A stretch of DNA of 64,000 nucleotides from Camelus dromedarius (lineage: Eukaryota). Position numbers and translations under genes: made by a program. The notes under the pieces are model-generated. The model saw only the letters and a list, made by a program, of their open reading frames with translations. It did no database searches and was not told the DNA's origin. Where the stretch lies: positions 20,090,001 through 20,154,000 of the forward strand of contig NC_087437.1 of NCBI RefSeq assembly GCF_036321535.1, in the 5' to 3' direction. Each line of letters begins with the position of its first letter. The first letter of the stretch is position 1. This document shows, in pieces, positions 49,427 to 62,300 of the stretch.

Positions 49427-50299
49427 CCCAGTAGACAACTGGCCAAAATTCCAAATCCCCCTCCAGAGAGCTAAACTATATGGATTTTGCATTTAAGTGC
49501 AGGAATAAAGTTGTCCTTTCTCAAAACATTTTATACTATCCTTGTGAGGACTTGTGCTGTCCATCCCAGGACATTTGGTAAGCTTTCCCAGCAGGAGAGC
49601 AGTGTCTCTCTCGATTTAATTGAAATAAGCCACCATGTTATTTGTAGTCTTATTTCATAAGACTCCTTGGAAGGAAGCATGATGAAAAAATTCCATGAGC
49701 TGGGTTTGGGCTCATTCTTCTAAAAACATTTCTTGAGGAGGTCTTAAAGCTAACAAGAACCACACTCCTGCCAGGTACACTTGAGGGAAAGAATATGTCT
49801 TGCTGTGAGCATGCCGTTATTTCTTTCTCCTGGTAGCAGATCCATGCAGGAATCACCCTGGATGGCATATAGTAGGTGCTCAGTCAGCATCTGATGAATG
49901 AACTGCAAAGCCACCAGGCCCTAATGGAGAAAGAGAACTATTATTTGTACATATCTATTATCTATTTTGTTCCAGACACCGTACATACTTAGCCTGTACG
50001 GCTAGTGCCTACAACCTTCCTGACTTCATGGAGTCTTTCCAAAGACTAAGCGTTCCCTGCTGGAACTCGGAAAGGTAGAGGTTGAAATGCAATGACCCTA
50101 GGTAATATCTACGTATCTACGTAGATGGATAATCTATTTATTGATTATTGCGGCTATACGAGACCTGAGACCTGAGACCTAGACTTTCTCAAGGGCACAT
50201 GGACCCCATCATCCATATGAATCTGGCTTTGGGGAAGGCAGCAGGGAAGCCTTGAGGCTCCACCAAGAAGGCCTTCCTTAGAGGCTGGTACCCAGAAGG

Positions 50300-50525
50300 C
50301 ACAGGAGCATGGGAATCAGACAGATTGTGTCTGAAGGCTGAGAGTCACTCCCTGGCTGTGTGGCTTTGGGTGAGTTACATAACCTCTCTGAGCTCCAGTT
50401 TCATTTTTTCCAAAATTTGATAAAATAATTATCTGTCGAGAGTGTAGACAGAATTAAGTGTGTGGATATGCGTGAAATGTCACATCCAGTGTTTGATGTA
50501 TAGTGTATGCTCACTTATAGATGGC
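50300..50525 (+). mobile_element. MIR SINE
   Basis: ggctgtgtggctttgggtgagttacataacctctctgagctccagttttc. Confidence 0.8.
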
Positions 50526-51169
50526 ATTACCCTTCCCCAGCTCCCTCCCCATTGCAATCAGTGTGTTGTAAATCAGCCTGAGCCTGCTGGCTACCTGCTG
50601 AGATATGCTGGAGGCCTGAAGTTTTCAGCAGTCTTTGCTGGCTGTCAGCCTTAGCTCAGCAGCTGGCTTCCCCTGCAAGAGCTCATTCTGCTGCATCCCA
50701 CTACATTCCCACCCTACCTTCTAGAGGGAGAAGTGCTAACTGAAAATCCCCAAAAGGCCCCACATTCTGGGGAAATAAAGAGGCAAAGATGAGTCACTTT
50801 TCCCTTTAGTTGCTGCTGGGTGTCTACCAGCCGGAGCTGAGACCACCTTATCTAGCAGGCAGGAGCCTGATGTTTCTCACCAACTGTCTCAGGTACCAGC
50901 CTGGTTAAAAAACAAGCAGGCAATCTCTGGACCACATTGAGAGGGATGTGTTCCCAGGATACCAAAGACAACCCATCCCAGAGAAGAGGAGGACAGTGAC
51001 TTCAGAGTAGCTCATTGGCTGAGTCTTGCTGGGGGTACAGTCATTCAGCCAGAGTCCACCCCACAAATGGAAAGGCTGGCTGTGTTTCCTAGGAGGCTGA
51101 TGTTGGAGTAGTGGAATGTTGGTGATAAAATGCATTCTTCTACTGGAAGGGGGCTGGGAGGCTGCTTTT

Positions 51170-51640
51170 CTAATTAAAATAGTGAAACATAAGCAGAAAT
51201 TTTAAAATAGCCATGCCCTTTGACTCAGTATTTCCACTTCCTAGAATTCATCACTTTGCCAATGATATTTTTCAAAGATATCAAACTGTGTATCCAGTAC
51301 TATTTACGGTTGTAAGAACTTGGAAACAACCTATATTTCAACCATTTGGATACAGGTTCATATGCTTACCATATCTGTATGATGGACTATTATGCAGCCA
51401 TGAAAAGTAATGCCTGCAAAGGAGTCTTTAATATGCTAGGAAAATGCTCTCATAATATGAAACAAAGATACAGGATACAGAACTGTACATAAAACATAAT
51501 CTCTACTGTTTAAAAAACATTTACCAAAAGAAAGTCAAAGTTACTGTTGATTGCTTTCCAGAATTAGGATTACCATTCTTTATTATATTTCTAAATTTTA
51601 TCCACCAAGCATAAAGATAAAATTTAAAATGAAACAAAAA
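51170..51640 (+). mobile_element. Old L1 3' end (L1ME-like)
   Basis: catgccctttgactcagtatttccacttcctagaatt...aacttggaaacaacctat...tattatgcagccatgaaaa. Confidence 0.75.
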
Positions 51641-52569
51641 TAAAACCAAGAGATACCAGCCTAAAGAAATGGAGTCTACTGATAGAATTGTAAGCACCAC
51701 CAGGTCTATGTTTGTTGGAATGAGAGCCATCTTGTGCCTGTTCAGTGACCCTGCCCAGACAGTGGTCTATGTAACTGACCATGGAGCCCCCTCTAACAGT
51801 TCTGGGCTTTGAGATCAGCCAGAAATGTCTGTGAGGAGCACCTGGGAGTGCGTGCCTGACACAGAGCCAGGCAAACCCATCAGAATGAACCCCCATTGAG
51901 AGTCCCCAGTGGAGGGTCAGGAGGGTCCCTGAAGTGGCCTGGCCCTGTTTCCTGAGAAGAGCAAAAGCTGTGTCCAGCATGTTCCGAGGCTTGTCCAGGC
52001 AGGTGCAAACTGGATGCTTATCAGATCGGCCCCTTCAAGGGCCAACACATAACAATGAAATAACAAGTTTATGTATAGCCCTTTTATTGAAGTACTTGAC
52101 AATTTCTTTTTTCAAGTTTGCAATTTCTCCAAATTTAGGAAACACTGACAAAATTATTTTCATTTCCTCTGGAGAAAAATCTGGTCGGAGGCATGAAGCA
52201 CAGTTAAGCACCTTCAGCCAACTCTGGAGAGTCTGTCCTGCTGAACTCAGGCTCCCATCCCCTGCCCAAAACTGCCCCCTGTCCATGCCCCACTGTCTCT
52301 GAGGCATAGTTCCTCATTTATATAACAAGCTCAGGCTGAGTGCACTGGGTGCTGGAACCCCGCCTGCTCACGGGGGGCTGGTGGAGCCGAACAGGACACA
52401 TCAGTGACAATCCATAGCTGGATTGCGTATCTTTCCGGGACCTTCTCTCCCTCTGCCTCCCCATGGCTCCTGCACAGGACCAAGTGGACTTGAAAGGCAG
52501 CCGAGGACAAATGTGTCCATGGGATTTGCAGCTTAGGAAGCAGAATGTCTCAGCCTCAGGTTTGGTTTC

Positions 52570-53018
52570 TGTATTAGTTTCCAAGGGCAAAATGCCGCAA
52601 GCTGGGTGGCTTATAACAACAGAAACTTGCTGTCTCATGGTTCTGGAGGTTGGCCATCTGAAGTCTGGTGTCAGCAGGACACACTCACTCTGAAGGCTCT
52701 GGGGGAGGATTCTTGTCTCTTCCACCTGCCAGTCTTTTCCTTGGCTTGTGGATACACACTTCAGTCACATGGTCCTCTTCTCCCTGTGTGTTCACATCGT
52801 CTTCCTTCTGGGCATGTCTGTCTCCACCTCAAATTCTCCCCTTTTTATAAGGACACCGTCATATTAGATTGGAGTCCATCCTAATGACATCATTGTAACT
52901 TGATGAAAGACTCTAGTGACAAATCCGGTTCCCATCTGAAGTTAGGACTTCAACTTGCTTTTTTTTTTTTTTGGTGGAGGTGGCGGGGAGTGGGGAGGAC
53001 ACAATTCAACCTTCAGCA
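52570..53018 (-). mobile_element. MaLR solo LTR (MLT1B/C-like)
   Basis: tgtattagtttcc...ctgggtggcttataacaacagaaac...ttttataaggacaccgtcatattagatt...ggacacaattcaacc. Confidence 0.9.
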
Positions 53019-53827
53019 GTGTCTACAGCTGACTCAGCCACCCAGTAAGTGTGTAGCCTTGGAAATCACACAACTCTGCTGCACCTCAGCCTCTTCCTAT
53101 TCTGTGAAATGGGAGATGATTCTGTGCCCTAAGGAGGAGCAATGAAGGAAATCCAACTAAAAGGTTTGGGGGATTTTCCCCTATATGACAATCAAGTGAC
53201 CAAGAATTGGATTCTCCAGCTCAGGGATGTCACCACATCCAAATTTCCAGGCATCATTCAACTCAGTGCACTTTGAGATCTGCGACATTCGTGGCAAGCT
53301 AGAGAGATTGGGCTTCTGACTCTAACAGAGAATCACAAACTGGAGGAAGTAAGAGTAGCCAACAATGTGGTCTTTAAAATCAATCATAACAATCAAAACA
53401 AATGAGAGATGCTGAGTGTGAGAACAGACAACACTGTAGAGTTGTTTCATTAAAGACATAATCAGACCATGTAACTCCAACTGCCTAAGCAGTTTGAAAG
53501 GTTTGCTGGTGCAAATCAACTTTGATGTCCATGTTAGACAGTCAGCAATTTACTGTCTCTCCATTGTTCCAGAGAGGACAGCAGGTAAATCAACACCAAG
53601 ACATTTTTGCTGGTGCCAGAATCACAAGGAAGACAACAAGGGAATATGAAAGTTTTTCTTGTCTTCCTAATGAACTCCTAATCATCCTTCCAAGCCCCAC
53701 GTAGATGTCCCCTCCTCCAGGAAGTCTTCCACTAGCCCTAAAGAAGGCTAGCTCCTCTCTCCGTTGTACTTACCATACTCTATATTAATTACATGGACAC
53801 ATGTCTGTCTTCTGACTGTGAGGGTAA

Positions 53828-54035
53828 CACTGTCCAACCGGAAATAGTACCTAAACAGTGAACTATTGTGTTGTTTTTCGAACTACAGTAGTAGTAAAGA
53901 TCTTCTTTATAAATAAGTTGAGGTAAAAACAAGCAAATCTAGTTCAAATAATGAAGGAAAAATGTTATAAGTCTTCATGGATTATAGCCAAAATCATGAA
54001 GGCGGTCCTTGAAAAACTGAGGCTGAAAAACAGTA
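53828..54035. mobile_element. Old hAT-Charlie-type fragment (MER113-like)
   Basis: tatagccaaaatcatgaaggcggtccttgaaaaactgagg..gaaaaacagt end motif. Confidence 0.45.
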
Positions 54036-55829
54036 GAGTAAAAGCTCTGAATCTTTCTTTGGTCTAAAACCTCGTGTTGCTATGTGCTCCTCTTCCTAGG
54101 AAGATGTCAGCTTACAGTTCTGTTTCCTTTGCCTCCTCTGCAGTGTCTGGCATATAATAGATGCTCGTTAATTATTCATAATATCCCATGCATGAGAATG
54201 ATTGTCTGGGAGAATAACAGGTGACAAAATATATAAGTAGTTGAACTCTAAGTTTATCATGGAAATTCTAGGCCAAATGCCGTTCGCCAAGCAAGAGTGG
54301 GATGAAAAACTACTGCTGATAAATTTGTGTGAAAATGTGTGATGCAGACTTCCTAATCGATAAAAACAGGCAATTCTGAGTAGCTGCAGAAATGACTCCT
54401 TCTGTCAATTGTTTTCTGGGGTATGCAAAATTTTGGATCTCATGGGAGATAGTATAATTATGTGACCTTTGCTGCTGGGAGCCAGGGAATTAAGTTCTCC
54501 TGAGTCTTCTACAAATACGCCCTACATAGAGAGGAATTCCCCCTCTCTTTCTATTGCTCAGTAGCTTAAAAAGTAAACTGCACCTACGTATGTTTTGCAT
54601 GGAGAGTAAGAAGAAGCACAAGGGTATTTATCATATAGGGAGATGGATCATGAAGCTGTAGTTGATCTTGCATTTGCCCAAGGGGGAAATGAAGCATCCG
54701 ATTAGCATTGCTGGTCTGTGTGAATCACAATAGGCAAATTAGAGCCATAGCAAAGCACCGATAAAACAAATATCCCTGTGCTGCACAGGAAAATGTCAAA
54801 GCAGAGTTTGGCTGTGCTGGAAATGGGTTACATTTAGAATGCATTAGCTCCTGACACCCAGGACCCAGGCAATCTACAGCTCTTTCAAGTTATTTACTGT
54901 AAACTTGGAAGCAGCCAACCTTTCGCATTTGCATCAGCTTTCCATTGCCAGGGAAAAAAAGGGAACATGGAAAGGAAATGAGAGAATCCTTTCAAGTCAG
55001 CTTGCTGAAACGCTGGTTCACTGGGGTGCACGTCCTGTCTGTGAACTGGGGACGCCTTGGCCACCACCGTGGCTCTCAGCCTGGGGAGCACGCCAGGACC
55101 TACCACTGCATCCCTGCTCCCTCTGATTCCTTGGAAAATGGTGGTTTTATTTTGCCCCAGAATTAGAAACAGAAGCAGCTGAAGTTGGGAGTTATGAGTC
55201 TTAATTATCCTCCCTGGCCTGTTCCTCAGGAACCTCAAATTGATTTTCAAATTTCTCTTCTGAGTTTGATTGAACATTTTAATCTCCCTGCCTGCCTTCT
55301 GTGGGGGCTTCGCAGACGCTATTGATGACCACGTCGGATGTGCTTGTTAACAGCCGAGCCGCCCTGGTCTTGATGAGAGGTGCCCCGGGGGTCGTCTGGT
55401 CCTCGTGTAAGAAGACCCTTGGTTTCCCACTCACCTTGATCAGAATGAAAGCTGGAGTCGTGCCTGACAGGCAGCAGCCTCTGAACTTTGGTTTTAGACT
55501 AGGAAGCTGTCCCCTGAGAGGCTGACTTATTAGCTCCAGGCATTGATAGAGCAGTAAAAGAGTCCATATACTTCTGTAATATTGATCGGGCTGCCATTTC
55601 TCTTTCTTCTGCAGCTGGAAATATGGATTTTCCTGACACTTGCCTTAACTTAAATTAAACACTTAAAATATGCCTCTGCCCCTTTGGGGTTCCCCACTCG
55701 AACATTTGAGAACTTCAGTACAAGGTATGGGTTATGGGCAAAACTTGTCAAGAGGTATAATGTGTGGCCTCGTACACCTGCCGTTGTTTATCAATTTCAG
55801 AGGCCATGCCATCCAGGAAGCAGCTTGGT

Positions 55830-56010
55830 GGAGAGTCTGAGCACCGAAGCCCAAGGTCAGATCCCACTGTGACCTTGAACAGGTCATTCAGCTGCTCTGC
55901 ACCTCGGTTGATTCATCTGTCAAATGGAGTGAATACTTACTGGTGGTGGGGTTGTGGGTAAAGTGAGGTCATGTGTGCTCAGTGCCCAGCGGTAAATTTG
56001 GGAAGGATGG
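55830..56010 (+). mobile_element. MIR SINE
   Basis: ctgtgaccttgaacaggtcattcag..ctctgcacctcggttgattcatctgtcaaatgg. Confidence 0.7.
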
Positions 56011-56369
56011 AGCAGTGTATCCAGCTCAGAAGAAGTAAGCCACGGGGTGAGCTCAGGGCGGGCATCAGACATTAGGGGAGCCCTGGCACCTGGGACAGCA
56101 GCCCACCAGAGATGGCCCACAGCACGGAGCCTCAGAAGCATGCTGGGGCCTGGGGCAGAAGCTCAGCAGACCTTGAAATGACTGGTTGAAGGAGGAGGAG
56201 ACTTGACAACTGGCAAAGAGAAACCTGGAGACAGGGTCCTCGTGATGGCCTCGCTGGAATCTTTCTGACATCAGATGCTGACCTTGTCTGAGGCTCTTTC
56301 TCTCCTGGGAGGTCAAAATCAGAAGATAAGTTTCGGCTTCAGCATGAAGGCACTACCACTGATGTCAGC

Positions 56370-56630
56370 AATTAGCAACACTCACCATGTACTTTCTCCA
56401 CGCCAGCATCATGCAAAGTGCTTTATGCACTTTGCCTTGTTGATTTATCCTCCACAGTGGCCCAATATAGTAGAATCTGTTATTATTCCCATTGTGTGGA
56501 TGAAAAGATTGACATCTGGAGAAGTTAATGCATTTTGGTCATGTTCACAGAGTGAGGAATGCTGGAGCTGGTGCTTGAAGCCAAGTCATTCTGATTCCAA
56601 AGACTCTGGTTTTAACCATCATACCATTCT
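56370..56630 (-). mobile_element. MIR SINE
   Basis: aagtgctttatgcac...tattattcccattgtgtggatgaaaagattga...ctgattccaaagac. Confidence 0.8.
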
Positions 56631-56654
56631 TCCTTTGAATTTGTTGAGACTTTG

Positions 56655-56945
56655 ACATCCAACAAACATTCCCTGAACACCTATATTAAGTCAGGCCTTA
56701 AGCCAGGCAGTAGAGTCAGGAAGACAAGTACAGATTCTTGCCTCTGAGAGCTCTAAAGGGAAAAAGGATGTGTGGAAACAATTGACAATGCAGGAGGAAA
56801 AGGGGAGGGAGGCAGAGAAGCATGGGGCATTGGAGAGGGTGCCAAGGAGGTGGTGCCCATCTCAGCTTGAGAAGCCAGAGTAGGCTTCTCAACAGAAATA
56901 ATGCTTACAACTGTGTTTTGAAGTTTGTGTAGGAGTTCTCCCGAT
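56655..56945 (-). mobile_element. L2 3' end
   Basis: catccaacaaacattccctgaacacctata..gtcaggc...ttcttgcctctgagagctc. Confidence 0.6.
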
Positions 56946-58199
56946 AGCTACGCATAAGGGAGAGTTCTTTGTTAGCTGACAAGAGCAACTAGGATGACTC
57001 ATTTTCTTAGGGACAAAGGCTGCTGGTGTTACTATCAGCTGCATGCTAACCTCTCAGTTGAGCAGCTGGCAAGCTTTTCTGTTGCCACCATTTCCTGTTT
57101 GCAGATAAACAGCAAAAGCCTGCTTGTTAGGGTGTTTTCTGCTCCTCCTTAATTTCCGGATGAAAATTCTCATGCATTAGGTGCCATTTGGCTTCCTGAA
57201 ATTCTGACCTTCAAACAGCAGTTTCAGAGCAGGGCTTCTCTCTACCTGAAGGAGCCCTCGCCAAGCAGGTATGGAGTCGCCGATGAGCATGATGTATTTT
57301 CTCAGAATGTTAATTCTACTCAAAGATGCAAGGATAAACAACAATAATTTCATATTCAAAGATACTTAGATATTTTATAGCATGAATTGCAAAGTTAGCA
57401 TGACTTTTAAGAAAGATGACATTAGCTTTGTTAGAAACATCACAGCAGACATGGGCCACTTTTTGGCACAGCAATTCCTTCTCCATCATCAGGTGATAAT
57501 GAAACTGCTCAATGCGCTTAGGATTAAGCTTGTCGGTTTCTGGCCAGTATAACACTTGCCATCAATCCTTTGCTTGCCCCAAAGCCAAACCACCCCCACT
57601 CTCCTAGTAGAAGGGACCAAGGTCTATTTCCTGGTGTATAAGCCAGCTCTTTCATTAAGATGTGCACCACAGTTGTTCCTCACGCTTCACCAACGATGGC
57701 TGAATTCTTACAGCAGTTTAATGTCTTGCTTGAAATTAAAATAATGGGAGACACAACCATAAGAAATCCACTATAGGCTGCGTCAGGTCATAAAACTGTA
57801 ATGCTGGGAAAGCACGGCAGCAAGAAATCACTGTTGATGTGAAGGGAGAAAAATAAATATCGGCTGCGTTTTTAATTAACTGCCTCTAAATAATGAAAAT
57901 GAGCAAATTAGACTCACTTTTAGTAGCAAAATACCATTGTAATTTGAATATTGCTGTTGATTGATAGCGTGGCGTCTTTGATGGAGATGTGTGAATCAGG
58001 CGACAGCTCTCTCGAGCGTCTCCTGGAAACCACTTACCTTTTAGCCTGCGTCTGCTTTGTCCCTGGTGGACGAGTGTGAGCAGTTATTTTTGCCTCTCAA
58101 CCTGTGGGAGGGGAAAGTGTGAAGAAGCCAGACACAGAGGCTTTCCCCCACCTCTAGATTCCTATAATAGTTAACAGTGATTATTATACTGCTGGGAAG

Positions 58200-58400
58200 A
58201 CAGTTGTGATCGGAGGTGATCTCTCAAGTCAGGGAGATCTGAATGCAAATGTTCGATTATGGTTACTCCGTGATGCTGAGGAAGTTTCCTAACCTCTCTG
58301 TGCTCCAGTCCTCGCATTTCTGCTTGCACCAAGAGTGGCTCTAAAGCCACTGGCACCGTACCTGGCACATAAGCAGCACTCAAGAACTATTAAGTGGTAG
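58200..58400 (+). mobile_element. MIR SINE
   Basis: aagtttcctaacctctctgtgctccagt...gtacctggcacataagcagcactcaagaacta. Confidence 0.65.
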
Positions 58401-60700
58401 GAGGAGGCCTCCCACCTTGTTCCTGATTTTAGGAAGGAAGGATTTGATACTTCAGCGTTTGTAGGATGATAACTGTGGGTTTACCATAGATAACCTTTAG
58501 CAGTTTGAACCAATTTCCTCTATTTCTAGTCTCCTGGGAGATTTTATTATGTATGGATGCTGAATTTTGGCAAATTCTTTTTTATGTCTCTTGAAATGAC
58601 CATGCGGTTTTTCTCCTTTATCCTGTCAATGTGGTGAATTACACTGATTGAATCTTGCATTTCTGGTTTAAGTTCTACTTCATCATAATCCTTTTTATAA
58701 AGTTGGACTACATTTGCTAGTATATTGTAAAGAATTTTTGTCTCTATGTTCACGACAGGTAGAGGTCTGTAATTTCCTTTACTTATAATGTCTGTTAATG
58801 TCTGTGTCCGGTTTTGGTATTAGGTTAACACCAGCCTATTTAAAAGAGAAAGTGTTACCTCCTCCTCTGTTTTCTAAAAACCAGTTATGTAGATTGGTGT
58901 GATTTCTTCTTTGGATGTGTGATAGAATTTACTAATGAAACAATCTAGGACTGGAGTTTTCTTTATGGGAAGATGTTTTCATAAAAATGTCAAATTAATA
59001 TTTGATTTAAATATGATCATAACCAACAGGGTTTTAAAAATATATTTACTTTCGATTTACCTTACTCTTCTTTTCCTAGCTTCTTGATATTAGATCTTTT
59101 TCTTTTATAGTATATGCACATAGGCTATAAATTTCTTTCTAAACAATGATTTATCTGCATCCCCACACATTTTGATATGTTGTTTTTGTATTATCTTCTG
59201 TTCCAGTTATTTACTAATATCCCTTTCCATTTCTTCTTTGATTCGTATACTGTTTAAATGTGCTTTGTTTAATTTCCTAATATCTGGGATTTCTCTAGAT
59301 CCCTTGTTATTAAATGTTAGTGGTTTCCAAGTTAATCCCACTGCGGTCAGAGAAGGGACGCGAGGATTTAGCCCTCTTCATCGATTGGGTCATTGTATGG
59401 TCAGCAGATGGTCTTTGTAAACTTGTCATGTGAGGCCGCAGTGAATGTGTGTCCTGCAGTTAGATGTATTGCTGTATAAATATCACTTAGGGCAAAGTGG
59501 TTGATAGTGTTGTTTAAATTACCTATGACTTTATGGATCGTTTTTTACCTTGTTCTAGCAGTTACTGAAATTCTCCTACTGTGGTTGTGGAGTTGTCTGT
59601 TTCTCCATTTAATTCTGTCCATTTTTGCTTCATGTGTTTTGAGGATCTCTAATTAGGTACATATGCTTTTATGATCACTATCTCTGCCTTTTATAGTTGT
59701 AAAATGTCCTTTCCTGGCTACTTGAACATGTAAGTATCTGTCATTGACCAAATGTGGAAAGTTTTCAGCCATTATTTCTCTGAATATTATTTTTGCCTCA
59801 TTCTCCCTCTCTCCTCTTTCCTGTGACCCCAATTACCTGCTATGTTGGACTTTTTAATATCAACCTGCAGGTCCCTGAGGTTATATTTCTCTCTAGTATT
59901 TTTTCTCTTTCTACTTCAGATTTCTCACAGGTCACAAAAGCTCTGTTTGTTCCCTTTCAATCTTTGTTCTCTCTTTTCTTCAGATTGGCTTCTTTTTCAT
60001 TGATCTGTCCTACATTCACTGACCTGTCCTTCTGTCATCTGCATTCTACCATTAAGTCCATCCAGTGAATATTTTATTTCAAATATTATCCCTTTTAGTT
60101 ATTTGTACTTGATTCTTTTTTCTTTATTTGTCTGATGTAATTTATATCTTTTTATTCATTACAAGTATATTTTCTTTTATAGCCTTACACACCTTGTAAG
60201 AACATTTTTAATATATTTGTTTGAGAGTGCAAGTATCTGAGGTCTCTTGAGGTGGGCCCCTGTTTTTGAGAAAGGGTCACATTTTCCTGATTGTTTATGT
60301 AGCAAGTAAGTTTGGATCGCATCCTGGACGTTTTGAATGGTATATTGAGAAAACTCTGGATTATTGTGCCCCTTCAAAAATCATTGATGTTTTGCTTCAA
60401 TAGGCAATTAACTCAACCCAAACTATAAACTCTCTCTTGCCTGCTGTGGAGAGCAGTTCAGATCTCCGTGTAGACGGCTTTCAGTCTGTCCCCCACGTGC
60501 ATCATTCTGGGGCCAACCTAGAGTCTAAACATAGAGTTTGGGCTTCCATTTCCCTGGCTCACTCCTCTGTAAGATTCCTCCCTCACACTCCAGCAGTCCT
60601 GTGTCCCTGGCCAGAGATACAACCGGCTTTCTATCAGTTTTAACCTCACTGCCCCACCAGGGCCACAGCTGCCCTCAAGGCAAAGAAGCAAAACAGAAAA

Positions 60701-60805
60701 TTCATGGATGTACTTAGTAATACTGAAATGCACACTGAAAAAATGGTTAAGATATTAAATTTTATTTATATGTATTTTGCCACAATTTTTTAAAAAATGA
60801 TTTAT
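60701..60805 (+). mobile_element. Short L1 3' tip (L1MB-like) inserted in old L1
   Basis: tactgaaatgcacactgaaaaatggttaagat...tatgtattttgccacaatt. Flanking repeat aaacagaaaa (60691-60700 and 60806-60815). Confidence 0.7.
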
Positions 60806-60903
60806 AAACAGAAAAGTTGCCCAGTGCTAGTAGCTTCCTCTAATTTTCTACTCCCCTCCAAAAATCTGCCTATTTTTAATCACTCTCTAGATCCTTAGGG
60901 TTT

Positions 60904-60946
60904 TTTTTCTTTTTCTTTTTCTTTTTCTTTTTCTTTTTCTTTTTCT
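60904..60946. repeat. (TTTTTC)n-type pyrimidine microsatellite
   Basis: Seen directly. Confidence 0.9.
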
Positions 60947-61165
60947 TCTGAGCGAGGGGTGGTATTTTCCAAGGATATGGGTGTTACTGTGAAAGAGTCT
61001 GTGTGTTAGGAGCCTGCTCATCCCCTGCAGAAGCAGAACCCCCAGGTCCTTTTCCTTGTACCTGTTACAACCTCAAGTTTTCTATCCTCCATTTGTAAGG
61101 AAATAAGCACAGTGCATTACATTTTGTGTGAATCTGAATTATTCTCATTAGAAAAAGAACAGTTA

Positions 61166-61255
61166 ATCTATGGCCATACCACCCTGAATGTGCCCGAGCT
61201 CATCTGATCTCCAAAGCTAAGCAGGGTCAGGCCTGGTTAGTACTTGGATGGGAGA
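61166..61255 (+). pseudogene. 5S rRNA retropseudogene, nt 1-90, 3'-truncated and tailless
   Basis: atctatggccataccaccctgaatgtgcccgagctcatctgatctccaaagctaagcagggtcaggcctggttagtacttggatgggaga aligns without gaps to mammalian 5S nt 1-90. Flanking repeat agaaaaagaaca. Confidence 0.97.
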
Positions 61256-61899
61256 AAAAGAACAATAAGTATATTGACGTGATGTGATGGTATGCAATAT
61301 ATAATTATTATTTTTAAAAATTATTATTTTATTATTAACATAACACTAATGTAATATTAAATTTCTTTCATAAAGATAACATTTTCTTTATAAAGGATTA
61401 CACATTTTCAGTTCTGGTGATTAAGTGATTCTAAATTGGAATCCTATTGCCAAAAGACTTCTACCTTAGCTGGTAATTAATAAAAGCCATTTGTCAGCAC
61501 ATACATCTCAATTTGTAGTGTGACCAGTGGGCTAGTATTTAAATATTCAATGTCATTAAAATTTCAAGATATTTTTTGTCCTATAATATCAATGCCATCC
61601 AAGCAGTCATTAAGAGACAAATCTAATTCAGAGCCTGACAATCAGCACTTTGGGAACTTGAGCTAAATTTGGCTTAATCATCCAAAGATGGGCTGTTTTT
61701 TAAGAGGGAGCCTTCTCCTAAACGTTAGGAATCATGCTAAGAAATAAAAATCAGCATTAAATCAGAACAATTCTATAGTTAGTGTGGAATGCATCCTCTC
61801 TACTTTATGTTTGTTTCTAGGGGAAAATTAGCCTTTAATGATGTTCATGTATTATTAATATTAATAATCATTATTAATGTTATTAATAATGTAGTGCAT

Positions 61900-62300
61900 A
61901 AGTGTCTAACAGAAACAGAGTTAAAGCACATGTATAAAATATATTTTCTAGTAGCCTCACTCAAAAAGTAAAAAGAAACAGGTGAAATTGATTTTTATTA
62001 GTATATGTTATATAACCCAAAATAGCCAACATTATCATTTCAATATTTTATCAAATAGGAAATTATCAAGGAGAAATTTTACATTCTATTTTTCATTTTT
62101 AAAAGTCTTTTCAATTCATATCCAGCCAGACTTAACAAATTTTCCAGTAACTGTATTGCGTATCTGCCCTTAAATTTGCATTTAAAATGATAAAAATTAG
62201 ATCAAATTAAAAATCCAGTTCCTTGGCCCTACCAGCCACATTTCAAGCATTCAAGAATCACACTGTGGGTAATAACTTACACATTGAAAAGTACAAGGCA
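61900..62300. mobile_element. MER33/MER3-like hAT-Charlie relics
   Basis: ttttctagtagcc..aaaaagtaaaaagaaacaggtgaaatt...taacccaa and ccagccacatttcaag motifs. Confidence 0.75.

Larger units (their letters stand above)
58410..61045 (-). mobile_element. Old L1M, heavily deleted (ORF2, ORF1 and 5'UTR remnants)
   Basis: Minus ORF MNIETKILYNILAN...SVIHHIDRIKEKNRMVISRD.KK.L.K is L1 RT-like. ORF1-like tggaaagttttcagccattatttc at ~59755. Confidence 0.85.

Noticed and set aside
61166..61255. Functional 5S rRNA gene
   Set aside because: Lacks the last ~30 nt and terminator, shows CpG decay, is isolated and TSD-flanked.
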